Part shown: one piece after another, positions 17,572-26,362 of the stretch | Position numbering within the stretch: position 1 is the stretch's first letter | Layout: every line of letters begins with the position of its first letter | Origin: Myxococcota bacterium | GTDB taxonomy: Bacteria; Myxococcota_A; UBA796; CAJQPC01 | Assembly (NCBI GenBank): GCA_036229005.1 | Contig: JAZAMN010000029.1 | Span: 1-34,524, forward strand | Direction of reading: 5' to 3' | Length of the DNA stretch: 34,524 nucleotides | Made by a program: the position numbers and the translations under genes | Notes under the pieces: generated by a model | What the model was told of the DNA's origin: nothing | Seen by the model: only the letters and a program-made list of their open reading frames with translations | Databases searched by the model: none

Positions 17572-19350
17572 ATGGCCAACCGACCCTTCAAGCCCCGCAA
17601 GCGCCGCGCCTCCACCGGAGAGCGCCGCGGAGACAGTCCGCGCGGCAAGCGCAACACCGGCCGCCGCCCCGAGCGCCGCGAGGATCCCGCCGCCGGCTGG
17701 GGAGAGCCCCGCCGCGACACGCGCTCGGACGCCGGTGAGCGCCGCGAGCGCGACGACCGCCCCCGCGAGCAGCGCAGCCAGGGCCGGGACGATCGCCGGG
17801 GCCCCCGCCGCGACGACCGGCGGGGACCGCGCCGAGACGACCGCCGCGGACCGCGCCGGGACGACCGCCGGGGACCGCGTCGCGACGACCGCCGTGGACC
17901 GCGCCGGGACGACCGCCGGGGCCCGCGCCGGGACGACCGCCGGGACGAGCGCCGCAGCGTGATGCCCACCTACTGGTCCGATCGCGGCGAGGCCGTGATG
18001 GACGGCGAGCCCCCCGTCTGGGTCTGGGGTGGCATCCCCGGCGAGCGCGCCGAGGTCAGGACCCGCAAGAGCGGCCAGCACCGCCAGTACGTGGTGTTCG
18101 AGCGCACCGAGCAGCCCTCTCCGCACCGCGTGGAGCCGCCCTGCGACCGCTTCACCTCCTGCGGTGGCTGCCCCTGGATGCACCTGGATGTCATCGGTCA
18201 GGCCGACGCCCGCGTGTCCCGCGTGCAGGAGGTCTTTGACGCCGAGCGCATCCCCGTGCAGGTCTCCCCGCTGGTCGCCAGCCCCGATGGCCTCCAGGAC
18301 TTCCGCCACGTCTCCAAGCTGCTGGCCGGCGTCTCCGACCAGGGCAACTACCGCCTGGGCGCCCCCGCGCGCTTCTCGCGGCGCATCGTCAGCATCCCCG
18401 AGTGCAACGTGCTCACGCCGGAGCTGCGGGCCGTCACCCTGGCCGCCGCCCACGCGATGATCGACCTGGACGTGCGCCCCTTCCACGAGGGCCGCGGCCT
18501 GCTGCGCTACCTGCAGGCCCGGCAGTCGCGGGAGACCGGCAAGATCCTGCTGACCATCGTGGCCGGCTACCGCGCCCGCATCCTGGACCGCTTCGCCGAG
18601 GCCATCATGGCCGCCGTGCCCCAGGTCAGCGGCGCGCACCTGCACATCAACGAGCGCGACGACAACAACATCTTCGACCGCGACGAAGAGGGCCTGGTCC
18701 GCACCCAGGTGATCTTCGGCGACGCCCACCTCGAAGAGCGGGTCGGCGACGCCCTGGTGCGCGTGGGCCCCTCCGACTTCTTCCAGACCAACCCCGGTGT
18801 GGGGGAGCTGCTGGTGCAGCATGTCCTGGACAGCGCCAAGCTGGACAAGGGGGTGCCCGTGGTCGACCTGTACTGCGGGGTCGGCGGCACCACGCTCAAC
18901 GCCGCCAAGCGCACCGAGTGGGCCCTGGGGGTCGAGGTGAACTCGGTCGCCATCCAGCACGCTCGGGCCGCCGCGTCCTCGCAGGTGATCCCCGCCGAGT
19001 TCCTGGCCGGCTCCGTCGACGAGGTCCTGGAGTCCCAGCACAAGCGCCTGTCCGGCATGCGCCCCGTGGTGCTGGTCAACCCGGCCCGGCGCGGCCTGGA
19101 GGAGGGCGTCGGGCAGGCCATCCGCGGCCTGAACCCCCGGCGGCTGGTCTACACGAGCTGCAGCCCCCGCAACCTGGCGCGGGACCTGGCGGGCTTTGTG
19201 GCCGAGGGGTGGACCGTGGAGTCCGTGGTGCCCTTCGACATGTTCCCCAACACCCAGCACGTCGAGGTCGTCGCCACCCTTGTCCCTGCGGATGCAGGCG
19301 AGGGCGTGACGCGGCGCGCTCCGCGGCGTCGCACCGTCAAGCGTCGCTGA
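17572..19350 (+). CDS. rlmD: 23S rRNA m5U methyltransferase RlmD/TrmA family with a long R/D/G-rich N-terminal extension
   Basis: PPCDRFTSCGGC...C (4Fe-4S), FFQTN, DLYCGVG, NPARRG, YTSCSPRNLARD and DMFPNTQHVE. Confidence 0.9.
   Translation: MANRPFKPRKRRASTGERRGDSPRGKRNTGRRPERREDPAAGWGEPRRDTRSDAGERRERDDRPREQRSQGRDDRRGPRRDDRRGPRRDDRRGPRRDDRRGPRRDDRRGPRRDDRRGPRRDDRRDERRSVMPTYWSDRGEAVMDGEPPVWVWGGIPGERAEVRTRKSGQHRQYVVFERTEQPSPHRVEPPCDRFTSCGGCPWMHLDVIGQADARVSRVQEVFDAERIPVQVSPLVASPDGLQDFRHVSKLLAGVSDQGNYRLGAPARFSRRIVSIPECNVLTPELRAVTLAAAHAMIDLDVRPFHEGRGLLRYLQARQSRETGKILLTIVAGYRARILDRFAEAIMAAVPQVSGAHLHINERDDNNIFDRDEEGLVRTQVIFGDAHLEERVGDALVRVGPSDFFQTNPGVGELLVQHVLDSAKLDKGVPVVDLYCGVGGTTLNAAKRTEWALGVEVNSVAIQHARAAASSQVIPAEFLAGSVDEVLESQHKRLSGMRPVVLVNPARRGLEEGVGQAIRGLNPRRLVYTSCSPRNLARDLAGFVAEGWTVESVVPFDMFPNTQHVEVVATLVPADAGEGVTRRAPRRRTVKRR
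17785..17928 (+). repeat. Six tandem 24-bp units encoding RDDRRGPR
   Basis: Six identical peptide units plus a partial seventh. The DNA units differ only at synonymous positions. Confidence 0.93.
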
Positions 19351-19419
19351 GCTGGAGCGGGCGCCGCGCTGGCGCCCGCCGGGCTGATGTCGGGGGCGGA
19401 TCCGCTGTATCCTCCCGCC

Positions 19420-20901
19420 ATGATCTCCCTGTGGCTCGCACTCAGCAGTGCCTCGCTGGCGCAAGATGACCCTTCGGTTGTCTTTGTCTCCGAATTCCAG
19501 CCGGTGAACAACGAAGCTGCGGGCATCGCGGCTCTGCTCACCTCCTACGTGGCGATGGAGCTGGGGATGCAGCCGGAGCTGTCCGTGCGCACCTCGGACC
19601 AGGCGCCGGATCTGGGCGAGCACAGCGCCATGGTGTACCTGCTGTCCTGTCCCCCCGGGCAGTACCTGGGCTGCGCCTACGTGGTCGGCGACACGGTGGA
19701 CGCGCAGTACGCGGTGGCCGGGACCGTGGAGTCCATCAGCGACACGACCACCCTGGTCCACGTCTCCATCATCGACATCTTTGACTCCCGCGAGGCTGTG
19801 TCCTTTGGCGTGGAGCTGGGGGTGGGGGACGACCAGCAGTTCGTGGAGCTGGTCGCCGACATGCTGGTCGCGGTGGCCGAGGGTGAGGCCGGGCAGCTCG
19901 TGGACGAGCGGGACTTCGGGGATGGGGACGACCCCCGCTCCCAGGACGCGCGCATCGCCCGGCAGCTCGAGGCTCTGGCCGGGGAGATGGGGCAGATCAG
20001 CGACCTGAGCACCCGCGACCGGGCCATCGAGCGCCCCGAGTACACGATGGAGGACCTGGTCGAGGACGGCGAGAGCGACTCGGCGCCCCCCTGGGAGCAG
20101 CTCGGCATGAGCCCCCAGCAGTACCTGCGCTTCAAGAACTCGGGCATGACCGTGAACGAGTGGAACAAGGTGCAGGCCGGCCGGCGGGGGCAGATCATCC
20201 TGGCCGGTGGGCTGGGCTACGCCCGCGGTCCGGTGAGCAGCGAGTACCGCGGCTGGTACGTCATCGACCCGGACACCCAGCAGAACCTGGCGACCTCGGC
20301 GTGGCAGGCGCGCACCCTGTCCTCGGGCGGGGGCGGCCAGCTCTGGGCAGGGTACGGGCTGACCCCTTGGCTGGAGGTGGACGCAGGTTTTGGGCTCATC
20401 GAGGGCCGCTATGCCATGCAGATCCAGCAGGAGATCGACGGCGAGGACGTCATCCCCCGCGACGGCCAGGACTTCCCTCAGAGCAACTTCCTGCTCTCCG
20501 GGCGGGTGCTGGCGGCGCCCTTCCCGGCCTGGCCTGGGCGCCCGCTGATCGGCGTGGGCTTCACCTGGATGACCGGCGAGGGCAACGCCCAGAACCTGAA
20601 CCCGGGCGAAGGCACGGGCCTGCCGTCCTTCCCGGGAGCGGGGCTGGGGCTGGCCACCCTGACCCTGGGCGGGGAGTTCGACCTGGGGGAGCGCGTGGGC
20701 ATCTGGGCGCAGGTCCCGGTCTCGGCCGTCGTCGTGGGCGGCGAGGTGATGGAGGAGACCTGGGGCGTGACCACCAGCATCCAGAGCTATCAGAGCCCGG
20801 GCGCCGTCCCGAGCTTCTCCACCGGGGTCGAGGTGGGCGTGCGGGTGCGGCTCCTGGGCAAGGTGCAGGAGACAGAGCGCGACTGGGAGCTCCCCGATTG
20901 A
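19420..20901 (+). CDS. Exported protein with an N-terminal alpha/beta domain and a probable C-terminal outer-membrane beta-barrel
   Basis: Signal MISLWLALSSASLA, a Cys pair with a VAGTV...VHVSIID segment, and Gly/aromatic alternating strands in the C-terminal half. Confidence 0.7.
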   Translation: MISLWLALSSASLAQDDPSVVFVSEFQPVNNEAAGIAALLTSYVAMELGMQPELSVRTSDQAPDLGEHSAMVYLLSCPPGQYLGCAYVVGDTVDAQYAVAGTVESISDTTTLVHVSIIDIFDSREAVSFGVELGVGDDQQFVELVADMLVAVAEGEAGQLVDERDFGDGDDPRSQDARIARQLEALAGEMGQISDLSTRDRAIERPEYTMEDLVEDGESDSAPPWEQLGMSPQQYLRFKNSGMTVNEWNKVQAGRRGQIILAGGLGYARGPVSSEYRGWYVIDPDTQQNLATSAWQARTLSSGGGGQLWAGYGLTPWLEVDAGFGLIEGRYAMQIQQEIDGEDVIPRDGQDFPQSNFLLSGRVLAAPFPAWPGRPLIGVGFTWMTGEGNAQNLNPGEGTGLPSFPGAGLGLATLTLGGEFDLGERVGIWAQVPVSAVVVGGEVMEETWGVTTSIQSYQSPGAVPSFSTGVEVGVRVRLLGKVQETERDWELPD

Positions 20902-20935
20902 GGGAGCCCCCGGTCAAGGCGCTGGATTTTTCGGC

Positions 20936-20964
20936 CTGAAGACGATCCTTGCGGGCGTCTTCAG
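20936..20964. terminator. Hairpin between convergent genes, possible terminator
   Basis: CTGAAGACG (20936-44) and CGTCTTCAG (20956-64) form a perfect 9-bp inverted repeat. There is no clear U-tract. Confidence 0.45.
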
Positions 20965-21176
20965 TGCTTCCAGTTCTTGCGCGCTTCGGGGAACAGGTGG
21001 GGGAAGAGGGCGCTCAGGAGGCTGTCGGGGACCTCGGCCTCTTGGGGGATCAGGATCTCGTCCAGGCTGCCGTCCAGGTAGCGCTCCCGGAGCTGCGCCA
21101 CGTAGGCTTCGCGCTCACCCGGGGCGTTTGGGGCCTGTGCGGGGAGCTGCTCGAGGGTGGAGATCGGCTTGTCCAT
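20961..21176 (-). CDS. Small protein, candidate FlgM-like anti-sigma28 factor
   Basis: 71 aa with a GAGG RBS, directly downstream of fliA. REAYVAQLRERYLDGSL resembles the FlgM C-terminal RxxKVxxLKxxIxxGxY pattern. Confidence 0.55.
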   Translation of the reverse strand: MDKPISTLEQLPAQAPNAPGEREAYVAQLRERYLDGSLDEILIPQEAEVPDSLLSALFPHLFPEARKNWKH

Positions 21177-21223
21177 TGTGGGGACCTCGGTGTCACCACC
21201 GGGACCGCCCAGGTGGTGTTGGC

Positions 21224-21982
21224 TTAGTGAACGGAACGGCGCATGCGGAACTTGAGGCGCTTGATCCCCTGGCTACGCAACTGACACGCGCGGGACTCGG
21301 TGACACCCAGCACCTGGCCGATCTCCTTGAGGGTCAGACCGTGCAGGTAGTAGAGGCCCACAGCGGTGCGCTCCTTCTTGGGGAGGTGGTGCACAGCCTG
21401 GATCACCTGCTGGGTGAGCTCATCGCGCATCCAACCCTCGAGCAGGTGCTCCTCGTCGGCGGCGACCTTCTCGGACAGGGGGGTGTGGGACTCCTGGTCC
21501 ATGGGGGCGTCCAGGGACACGAGCTGGCGGATCTGGGCGTCGGCGGCCAGGTCGTCGTAGGCCTCGACGCTGATCTCCAGGGACTCGGCCAGCTCCTCGC
21601 GGGTGGGCTGACGGCCCAGGTCGCGGAAGAGACGCTCACGCTCGGAGTCGATGCGGTTGACCTTGCGGCGCACGCTGCGGGGGACCCAGTCGGCCTCGCG
21701 CAGGGCGTCGACGATGCTGCCGCGGATCCGGATCTCGGCGTAGGCCTTGAAGGGGACGTTGCGGCTGGTGTCGAAGCGGTCGACGGCGTCGATGAGGCCC
21801 AGGGTGCCCACGTTCACCAGCTCCTCCAGCTCGACGCTGGCAGGGAAGCGGCGAATCATCCGCGAAGCGATGGTCCGGACCAGGGGGTAGTGGTCCAGGA
21901 TGAGCTGCTCCCGCTCGCTGCTGCGGGGGGGCTGCTTGTTGCTGTTGTTGCGGGTGGTGCTGCTGGCGAGAGCGGTAGCCAT
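21224..21982 (-). CDS. fliA: FliA/WhiG-family sigma factor (sigma28)
   Basis: PLVRTIA, GLIDAVDRFD, YAEIRIRGSIVDALREADWVPRSVR and TLKEIGQVLGVTESRACQL. The ATG at 21982 follows GGAGG. Confidence 0.94.
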   Translation of the reverse strand: MATALASSTTRNNSNKQPPRSSEREQLILDHYPLVRTIASRMIRRFPASVELEELVNVGTLGLIDAVDRFDTSRNVPFKAYAEIRIRGSIVDALREADWVPRSVRRKVNRIDSERERLFRDLGRQPTREELAESLEISVEAYDDLAADAQIRQLVSLDAPMDQESHTPLSEKVAADEEHLLEGWMRDELTQQVIQAVHHLPKKERTAVGLYYLHGLTLKEIGQVLGVTESRACQLRSQGIKRLKFRMRRSVH

Positions 21983-22024
21983 CGGGGGCCTCCAGGGGAG
22001 CGTGTTCGTCTCGCCCTGGGTCAA

Positions 22025-22041
22025 TGCACCCCCCGTGCCAA
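22025..22041 (-). promoter_or_regulatory. Sigma54 (-24/-12) promoter upstream of fliA
   Basis: The minus strand reads TTGGCACGGGGGGTGCA, an exact GG-N10-GC spacing close to TGGCACG-N4-TTGCA, about 45 bp before the ATG. Confidence 0.8.
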
Positions 22042-22099
22042 CTTTCCTAAAGGCCTGAACAGGACCCTAAGTGCCCGAAATCCCGTAATGTGGCCTTCA

Positions 22100-22270
22100 G
22101 GGGGGTCATTGTGGATCCATCCGCGACCGGTTCATTCACAATCCGGGGGGTTCATTTGAACCCCCCTCTGCGGGGGTGGATCCTCTCTGACCCCCCTTCT
22201 GTCCGGGGGTCACTGGATCAGCCGTGACCCATCCCCCTGATCGGCTGCGGGGACCCCACACTGAACCCTC
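22100..22270. promoter_or_regulatory. Cluster of GGGGGT(T)CA / TGA(A)CCCCC motifs, candidate regulator-binding (enhancer) sites
   Basis: Copies at 22100-108, 22145-154 / 22157-166 (perfect 10-bp inverted pair), 22188-195 / 22205-212 (8-bp inverted pair), 22225-230 and 22262-268. Confidence 0.55.
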
Positions 22271-22319
22271 CGGTGTGTAGAAGTCGGGTTAAGGCCGCTG
22301 GGCAACGCAGGAGGGTCTC

Positions 22320-24773
22320 ATCTCGACGCCAGAGCCCAGCGCAGCGCGCACCATCTTCGGCCGCCTGGCCCGCTGGGTGCTGCACCACCGCAAGGCCGTC
22401 GCCATCTTCTATGTGGTGCTCGGGCTGGTCTCCCTGGGGCTGGCCTCCACGCTGACGGTGGACTCCGATGTCCTCAACCTGATGCCGGCCTCCGACCCCG
22501 CGTCCTCGGCCCTCAAGGAGCTGAACGAGGCCGAAGGCGGACTGAACCTGACCTCGGTCGCGGTTCGCGGCGACGACCCCGAGGCCGTGCGCGCCTTCAT
22601 GATGGAGCTCCAGACCGAGCTCAACGCGCACCCCGAGTACGTGGACTACGCCCTCTACGACGTGGAGGACGACCTGGCCCTGCGCCTGGGGCTCTCCCAC
22701 ATCGAGACCAAGACCCTCCAGCAGCTCCGGGACCGCCTGCGCGGCGCCCTCGCCCTGGGCCCGGGTCTCACCAACCCCATGGTCGCCGCCCGCGTGCTGA
22801 ACCTGGGGCCCATGACCGAGCAGCTCAAGCTGGCCGATGGGCGCCAGTCCCTGCTGGCCCAGGCCTCCGCGCAGGGCACCGAGCTCGGCAACCTGGAGCG
22901 CATCGTCGTGCGGGCCAGCGGTCCGTCCACCGACCTGCCCTTCTGTCGGGACTTCATCACCTTCCTCGAGACCACCATGGCGGACATGGACCCGGAGTCC
23001 CGCGGGGTCGAGGTGGTGTGGATCGGCGGCGCGTACAAGTACAACGTCGACGACTTCCAGAACATCGTCGGGGACATGCGCTGGACCGCCTTCCTGAGCG
23101 TCGCTTTGGTGCTCGGGCTGCTGCTGCTGGCTCTGCGCGACTTCCGCGTGCTGCCCATCCTGTTCACGCCCCTGGCCATCGGCGCGGCCGCCACCTTCGG
23201 CTTCGCCGCGGTCGCCATCGGCAGCCTGAACACCTACACCTCGGTCTTCGGCGCGGTGCTGGTGGGCCTGGGCATCGACTTCGCCATCCACCTCTACACC
23301 CGCTACCGCGAGGAGCGGGAGAGCTCCAAGAGCCTGGAGGACGCCATCGTGCGTGCCTGGGACTCCACCGGTCCCCCCTGCGCGGCGGCCGGCGTCACCA
23401 GCGTGGGCGGCTTCCTGGCCCTGCTGCTGGCCCAGTTCCAGGGCTTCTCCCAGCTCGGCATGCTCCTGGCCTTCGGCGTCACCGCCTGCCTGCTGACCGT
23501 GCTCACCCTGATGCCCGTCATCATCGCGTGGCGCGAGAAGGAGCCCCGCGCCTGGCGCCCCCGCGAGATCCCCGTCCCCGGGCGCATCCGCAACCGCCCC
23601 CCCACCTACCGCTTCGCCCCCGTCGCCCTGCTGGGCCTGCTGGGTATCTCCGCCGTGGCCGGCGTCATCGGCCGCAACCTGGAGATGGAGCTGGACCTGT
23701 CCATGCTCAAGCGCGAGGGCATGTCCTACACCGAGCTCTCCGAAGAGGACCGCGCCCTGGTCGAGCTCACCTACGCCGCCATCATCGCGGAGTACCCGGA
23801 CAGCCAGAGCCTGCTGGAGGGCGAGCGGGCCCTGCGCGCCAAGCGCGACGCCGGCGAGACCCCCCACATCGGCCGCATCATCTCCATCCACGACGTGCTC
23901 CCCCCCGAGCGCGCCGAGCGCATGGCCCTGCTCCAGGAGATCCGCGCCCTTCGGGCCGACCCCAACTACATCTACCTGCCCCCCCAGCTCCAGCAGAACC
24001 TGGACGTGCTGGAGGGCGTGGACCTGAGCCCCGTCGAGATCGAGGACCTGCCCGCCGGCCTCCAGCACGTCACCGGCTCCGACGGCGACCACCACCGCCT
24101 GATGGTCTTCCCCACCGGCAACATCTGGCACCTCATCGAGGTCGCCGAGCTCAAGGAGGAGGCCGAGTCCTTCTTCGACGCGCAGGGCGTGCCCTACGCC
24201 GGCGAGTACCTGGTGGTCGGCAGCCTCTCCCGCATCCTCCGCCACGACGCCCCCGTGGTCGCCGCAGGCGCCCTCATCCTGGTCTGGCTGGGCACCCTGG
24301 GCCAGGCCCTCCCCGCGCTGCTCAAGGGCACCCGCCGCATGACCGCCCTGCGCCGCTCCCTGGGCGCCATGGCCGTGCTCGCCCTGGGCATGGTCTGGGG
24401 CGCCGGCGCGCTGGTGCTGGCCCGCGTGGACCTGACCGTCCTCAACCTGGTGGGCATCCCCATCCTGCTGGGCATCGGCGTGGACGTCGTCATCCACCTG
24501 CTCCACCGCCTGGCCGAGGAGGGCCCCGGCAAGGTCATCAAGGCCCTGAGCACCACCGGCTGGGCCTCGGGCCTGAGCGCCGCGACCACCATCCTGAGCT
24601 TCATGTCCCTGGCCTTCGCCACCAACCGGGGCGTCAAGTCCCTGGGCATGCTCGTGCTCGTGGGCCTCACCGCCGTCACCGTGGCCGCCTTCTTCATCGT
24701 GCCCACCGGCTGGATGACCACCTGGAAGCTGGGCGGCGTGGTCCCTGAGACCGACGACCCCGACGATGCCTGA
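22320..24773 (+). CDS. MMPL/RND-superfamily transporter
   Basis: Two TM bundles with LVGLGIDFAIHL and LLGIGVDVVIHL. The track start is GTG 22377; an ATC start at 22320 is inferred. Confidence 0.88.
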   Translation: MSTPEPSAARTIFGRLARWVLHHRKAVAIFYVVLGLVSLGLASTLTVDSDVLNLMPASDPASSALKELNEAEGGLNLTSVAVRGDDPEAVRAFMMELQTELNAHPEYVDYALYDVEDDLALRLGLSHIETKTLQQLRDRLRGALALGPGLTNPMVAARVLNLGPMTEQLKLADGRQSLLAQASAQGTELGNLERIVVRASGPSTDLPFCRDFITFLETTMADMDPESRGVEVVWIGGAYKYNVDDFQNIVGDMRWTAFLSVALVLGLLLLALRDFRVLPILFTPLAIGAAATFGFAAVAIGSLNTYTSVFGAVLVGLGIDFAIHLYTRYREERESSKSLEDAIVRAWDSTGPPCAAAGVTSVGGFLALLLAQFQGFSQLGMLLAFGVTACLLTVLTLMPVIIAWREKEPRAWRPREIPVPGRIRNRPPTYRFAPVALLGLLGISAVAGVIGRNLEMELDLSMLKREGMSYTELSEEDRALVELTYAAIIAEYPDSQSLLEGERALRAKRDAGETPHIGRIISIHDVLPPERAERMALLQEIRALRADPNYIYLPPQLQQNLDVLEGVDLSPVEIEDLPAGLQHVTGSDGDHHRLMVFPTGNIWHLIEVAELKEEAESFFDAQGVPYAGEYLVVGSLSRILRHDAPVVAAGALILVWLGTLGQALPALLKGTRRMTALRRSLGAMAVLALGMVWGAGALVLARVDLTVLNLVGIPILLGIGVDVVIHLLHRLAEEGPGKVIKALSTTGWASGLSAATTILSFMSLAFATNRGVKSLGMLVLVGLTAVTVAAFFIVPTGWMTTWKLGGVVPETDDPDDA

Positions 24774-25521
24774 GGCCCCCTGGGCCGCGCTCATCGAGCA
24801 GCGCAAGACCCCCGGCGCCCTTACTGTAGAGCAGCTCGACGCCCTGTTGGCCCAGCACCCCGGCGACCCCATCCTGCTGTGGCTGCGGGCCGCGCCCCCC
24901 TTCTGGGAGCAGGACTGGCCGGGCGCCCGCGCGTGGATCGAGCGCGCCCACGCCGCCGGTCTGGAGCACGCCGAGTTTGTCCTCGACCGGGTCGAGGTGC
25001 TGCTCAGTGACCCCCAGGTCGATGTCCAGACGGTGAGCCAGCTCGCCCAGGACGCCTACGGGCGCCTCTCGGACCACCCCGAGCACGGCCCCATCATCCG
25101 GGAGCAGCTCTTTCGGGCTCTGCGGGAGGAGGGATCTGAGGCCCTCAAGACCGGCCGACCCCAACGCGCCAAGGGCCTGTATGCCCGCGCCCTGTCTCTG
25201 GCTCTGGGCCCCGACGAGGTCACCCGTAGCCACTTGAGCCTGGGCATCACGCAGCTCAACCTGGCCCAGCCCCAGGCAGCCCTGACCCACCTGGAGGCCG
25301 CCGCGGACGCGCCGGATGCGGGGGTCCGCGCCAGGGTGGCCTCGTCTGCGGGCACAGCTTGGGTGCGGTTGTCGCGCGCCGACAAGGCCCAGGCGGTGTT
25401 GTCGCAAGCCATCGGTACCCTGGAGTCTGGCTCCCCAGAGAGAGCCGGGTTGCTGGAGCAGAAGCGGGCGCTGGGCGCGCCGGTCAAGCGGGGGAAGAAG
25501 GGCAGGAAGAAGCGGCGCTGA
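24766..25521 (+). CDS. Tetratricopeptide-repeat-like protein
   Basis: Helical repeats (AKGLYARAL, LSLGITQLNLAQPQAALTHLEAA) and a basic tail. Overlaps the MMPL stop. Confidence 0.65.
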   Translation: MPEAPWAALIEQRKTPGALTVEQLDALLAQHPGDPILLWLRAAPPFWEQDWPGARAWIERAHAAGLEHAEFVLDRVEVLLSDPQVDVQTVSQLAQDAYGRLSDHPEHGPIIREQLFRALREEGSEALKTGRPQRAKGLYARALSLALGPDEVTRSHLSLGITQLNLAQPQAALTHLEAAADAPDAGVRARVASSAGTAWVRLSRADKAQAVLSQAIGTLESGSPERAGLLEQKRALGAPVKRGKKGRKKRR

Positions 25522-25557
25522 GGGGTTACCCTTGGGGGCACGGAAAGGAGCCTCCAC

Positions 25558-26160
25558 ATGGCAATCGTCTCCCACTACGGCAAGGCCCGCGGCCTGGTCA
25601 ACAAGCTCTACCCTGACGCCCTGACCGCCGTGCAGCCCAAGGCCAACTGGATGGGGGAGAAGCCGCTGCCTGGCGAGATCGCCGATATGTACGCCAGCTT
25701 TGGGCCGGTGGACCTGCGGCTTTCCTACTACCCCGCGGACCTGACCGTTCCGCAGCTCCGCAAGCTCTGGGGTCTGCAGGCCGGCTACGCCTTTGACGGC
25801 GCCACCGGCGAGCTCTACGCCAACTGGCCGGAGAACTGGACCGTCGTGGGCCGCGCTGGGGACGAGTGCATCTACGTCTTCAACGAGGAGGACGGCAAGG
25901 TCCACCAGGCCAAGTACAAGCGCCTGCGCTGGAAGTCCAAGCCCGTCTGGGACAGCCTGGGCGAGTACTGCGTGACCGTCGTGGCCCTCTCCAAGGTCTG
26001 CAAGGAGCTCGGCCCCGCCCTGGTCGACGCTGACGGCAAGCTCACCCCCGACGCCGCCGACAAGGCCCTGCTGGAGCTCTTTGAGCTGATGGGCCGCGAC
26101 ATCGACCGGGCTGAGGGGGTGTTGGTGCGGATGGGGTGGTTGGATGAGGATGAGGACTGA
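25558..26160 (+). CDS. Hypothetical protein, SMI1/KNR4 (SUKH)-like
   Basis: AAGGAG RBS. Pattern LPxEIxDMY...GP...LWxLQAGY...WPENWTVVG...IYVF...GKV...SLGEY. Confidence 0.55.
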   Translation: MAIVSHYGKARGLVNKLYPDALTAVQPKANWMGEKPLPGEIADMYASFGPVDLRLSYYPADLTVPQLRKLWGLQAGYAFDGATGELYANWPENWTVVGRAGDECIYVFNEEDGKVHQAKYKRLRWKSKPVWDSLGEYCVTVVALSKVCKELGPALVDADGKLTPDAADKALLELFELMGRDIDRAEGVLVRMGWLDEDED

Positions 26161-26362
26161 GGGGCGTGAGCCAACCCGATTTGCAATAGAAAGCCAGGTC
26201 TGTGGGCGACGTCGGGGGGAGGGGGTGGCTGGCAGATCTCAGGTCTGACAGTTCATTGTGATACTTGAAGCATGGTTGTCGGACTTTCTGAGACATTGGG
26301 CTTGTTGTTGATGTCGAGGTCGTGCTCTTCTCTCCGTCCGATCGGCAGTCGGGGAGGAGCTT

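Noticed and set aside
17785..17928. Possible CRISPR-like array
   Set aside because: Contiguous coding tandem repeat with no spacers, and no cas genes in the window.
16473..17969. Antisense ORF with RRSSRRGP repeats
   Set aside because: It is the reverse reading of the rlmD repeat. The synonymous variation preserves the plus-strand peptide, which is in frame with a recognisable enzyme.
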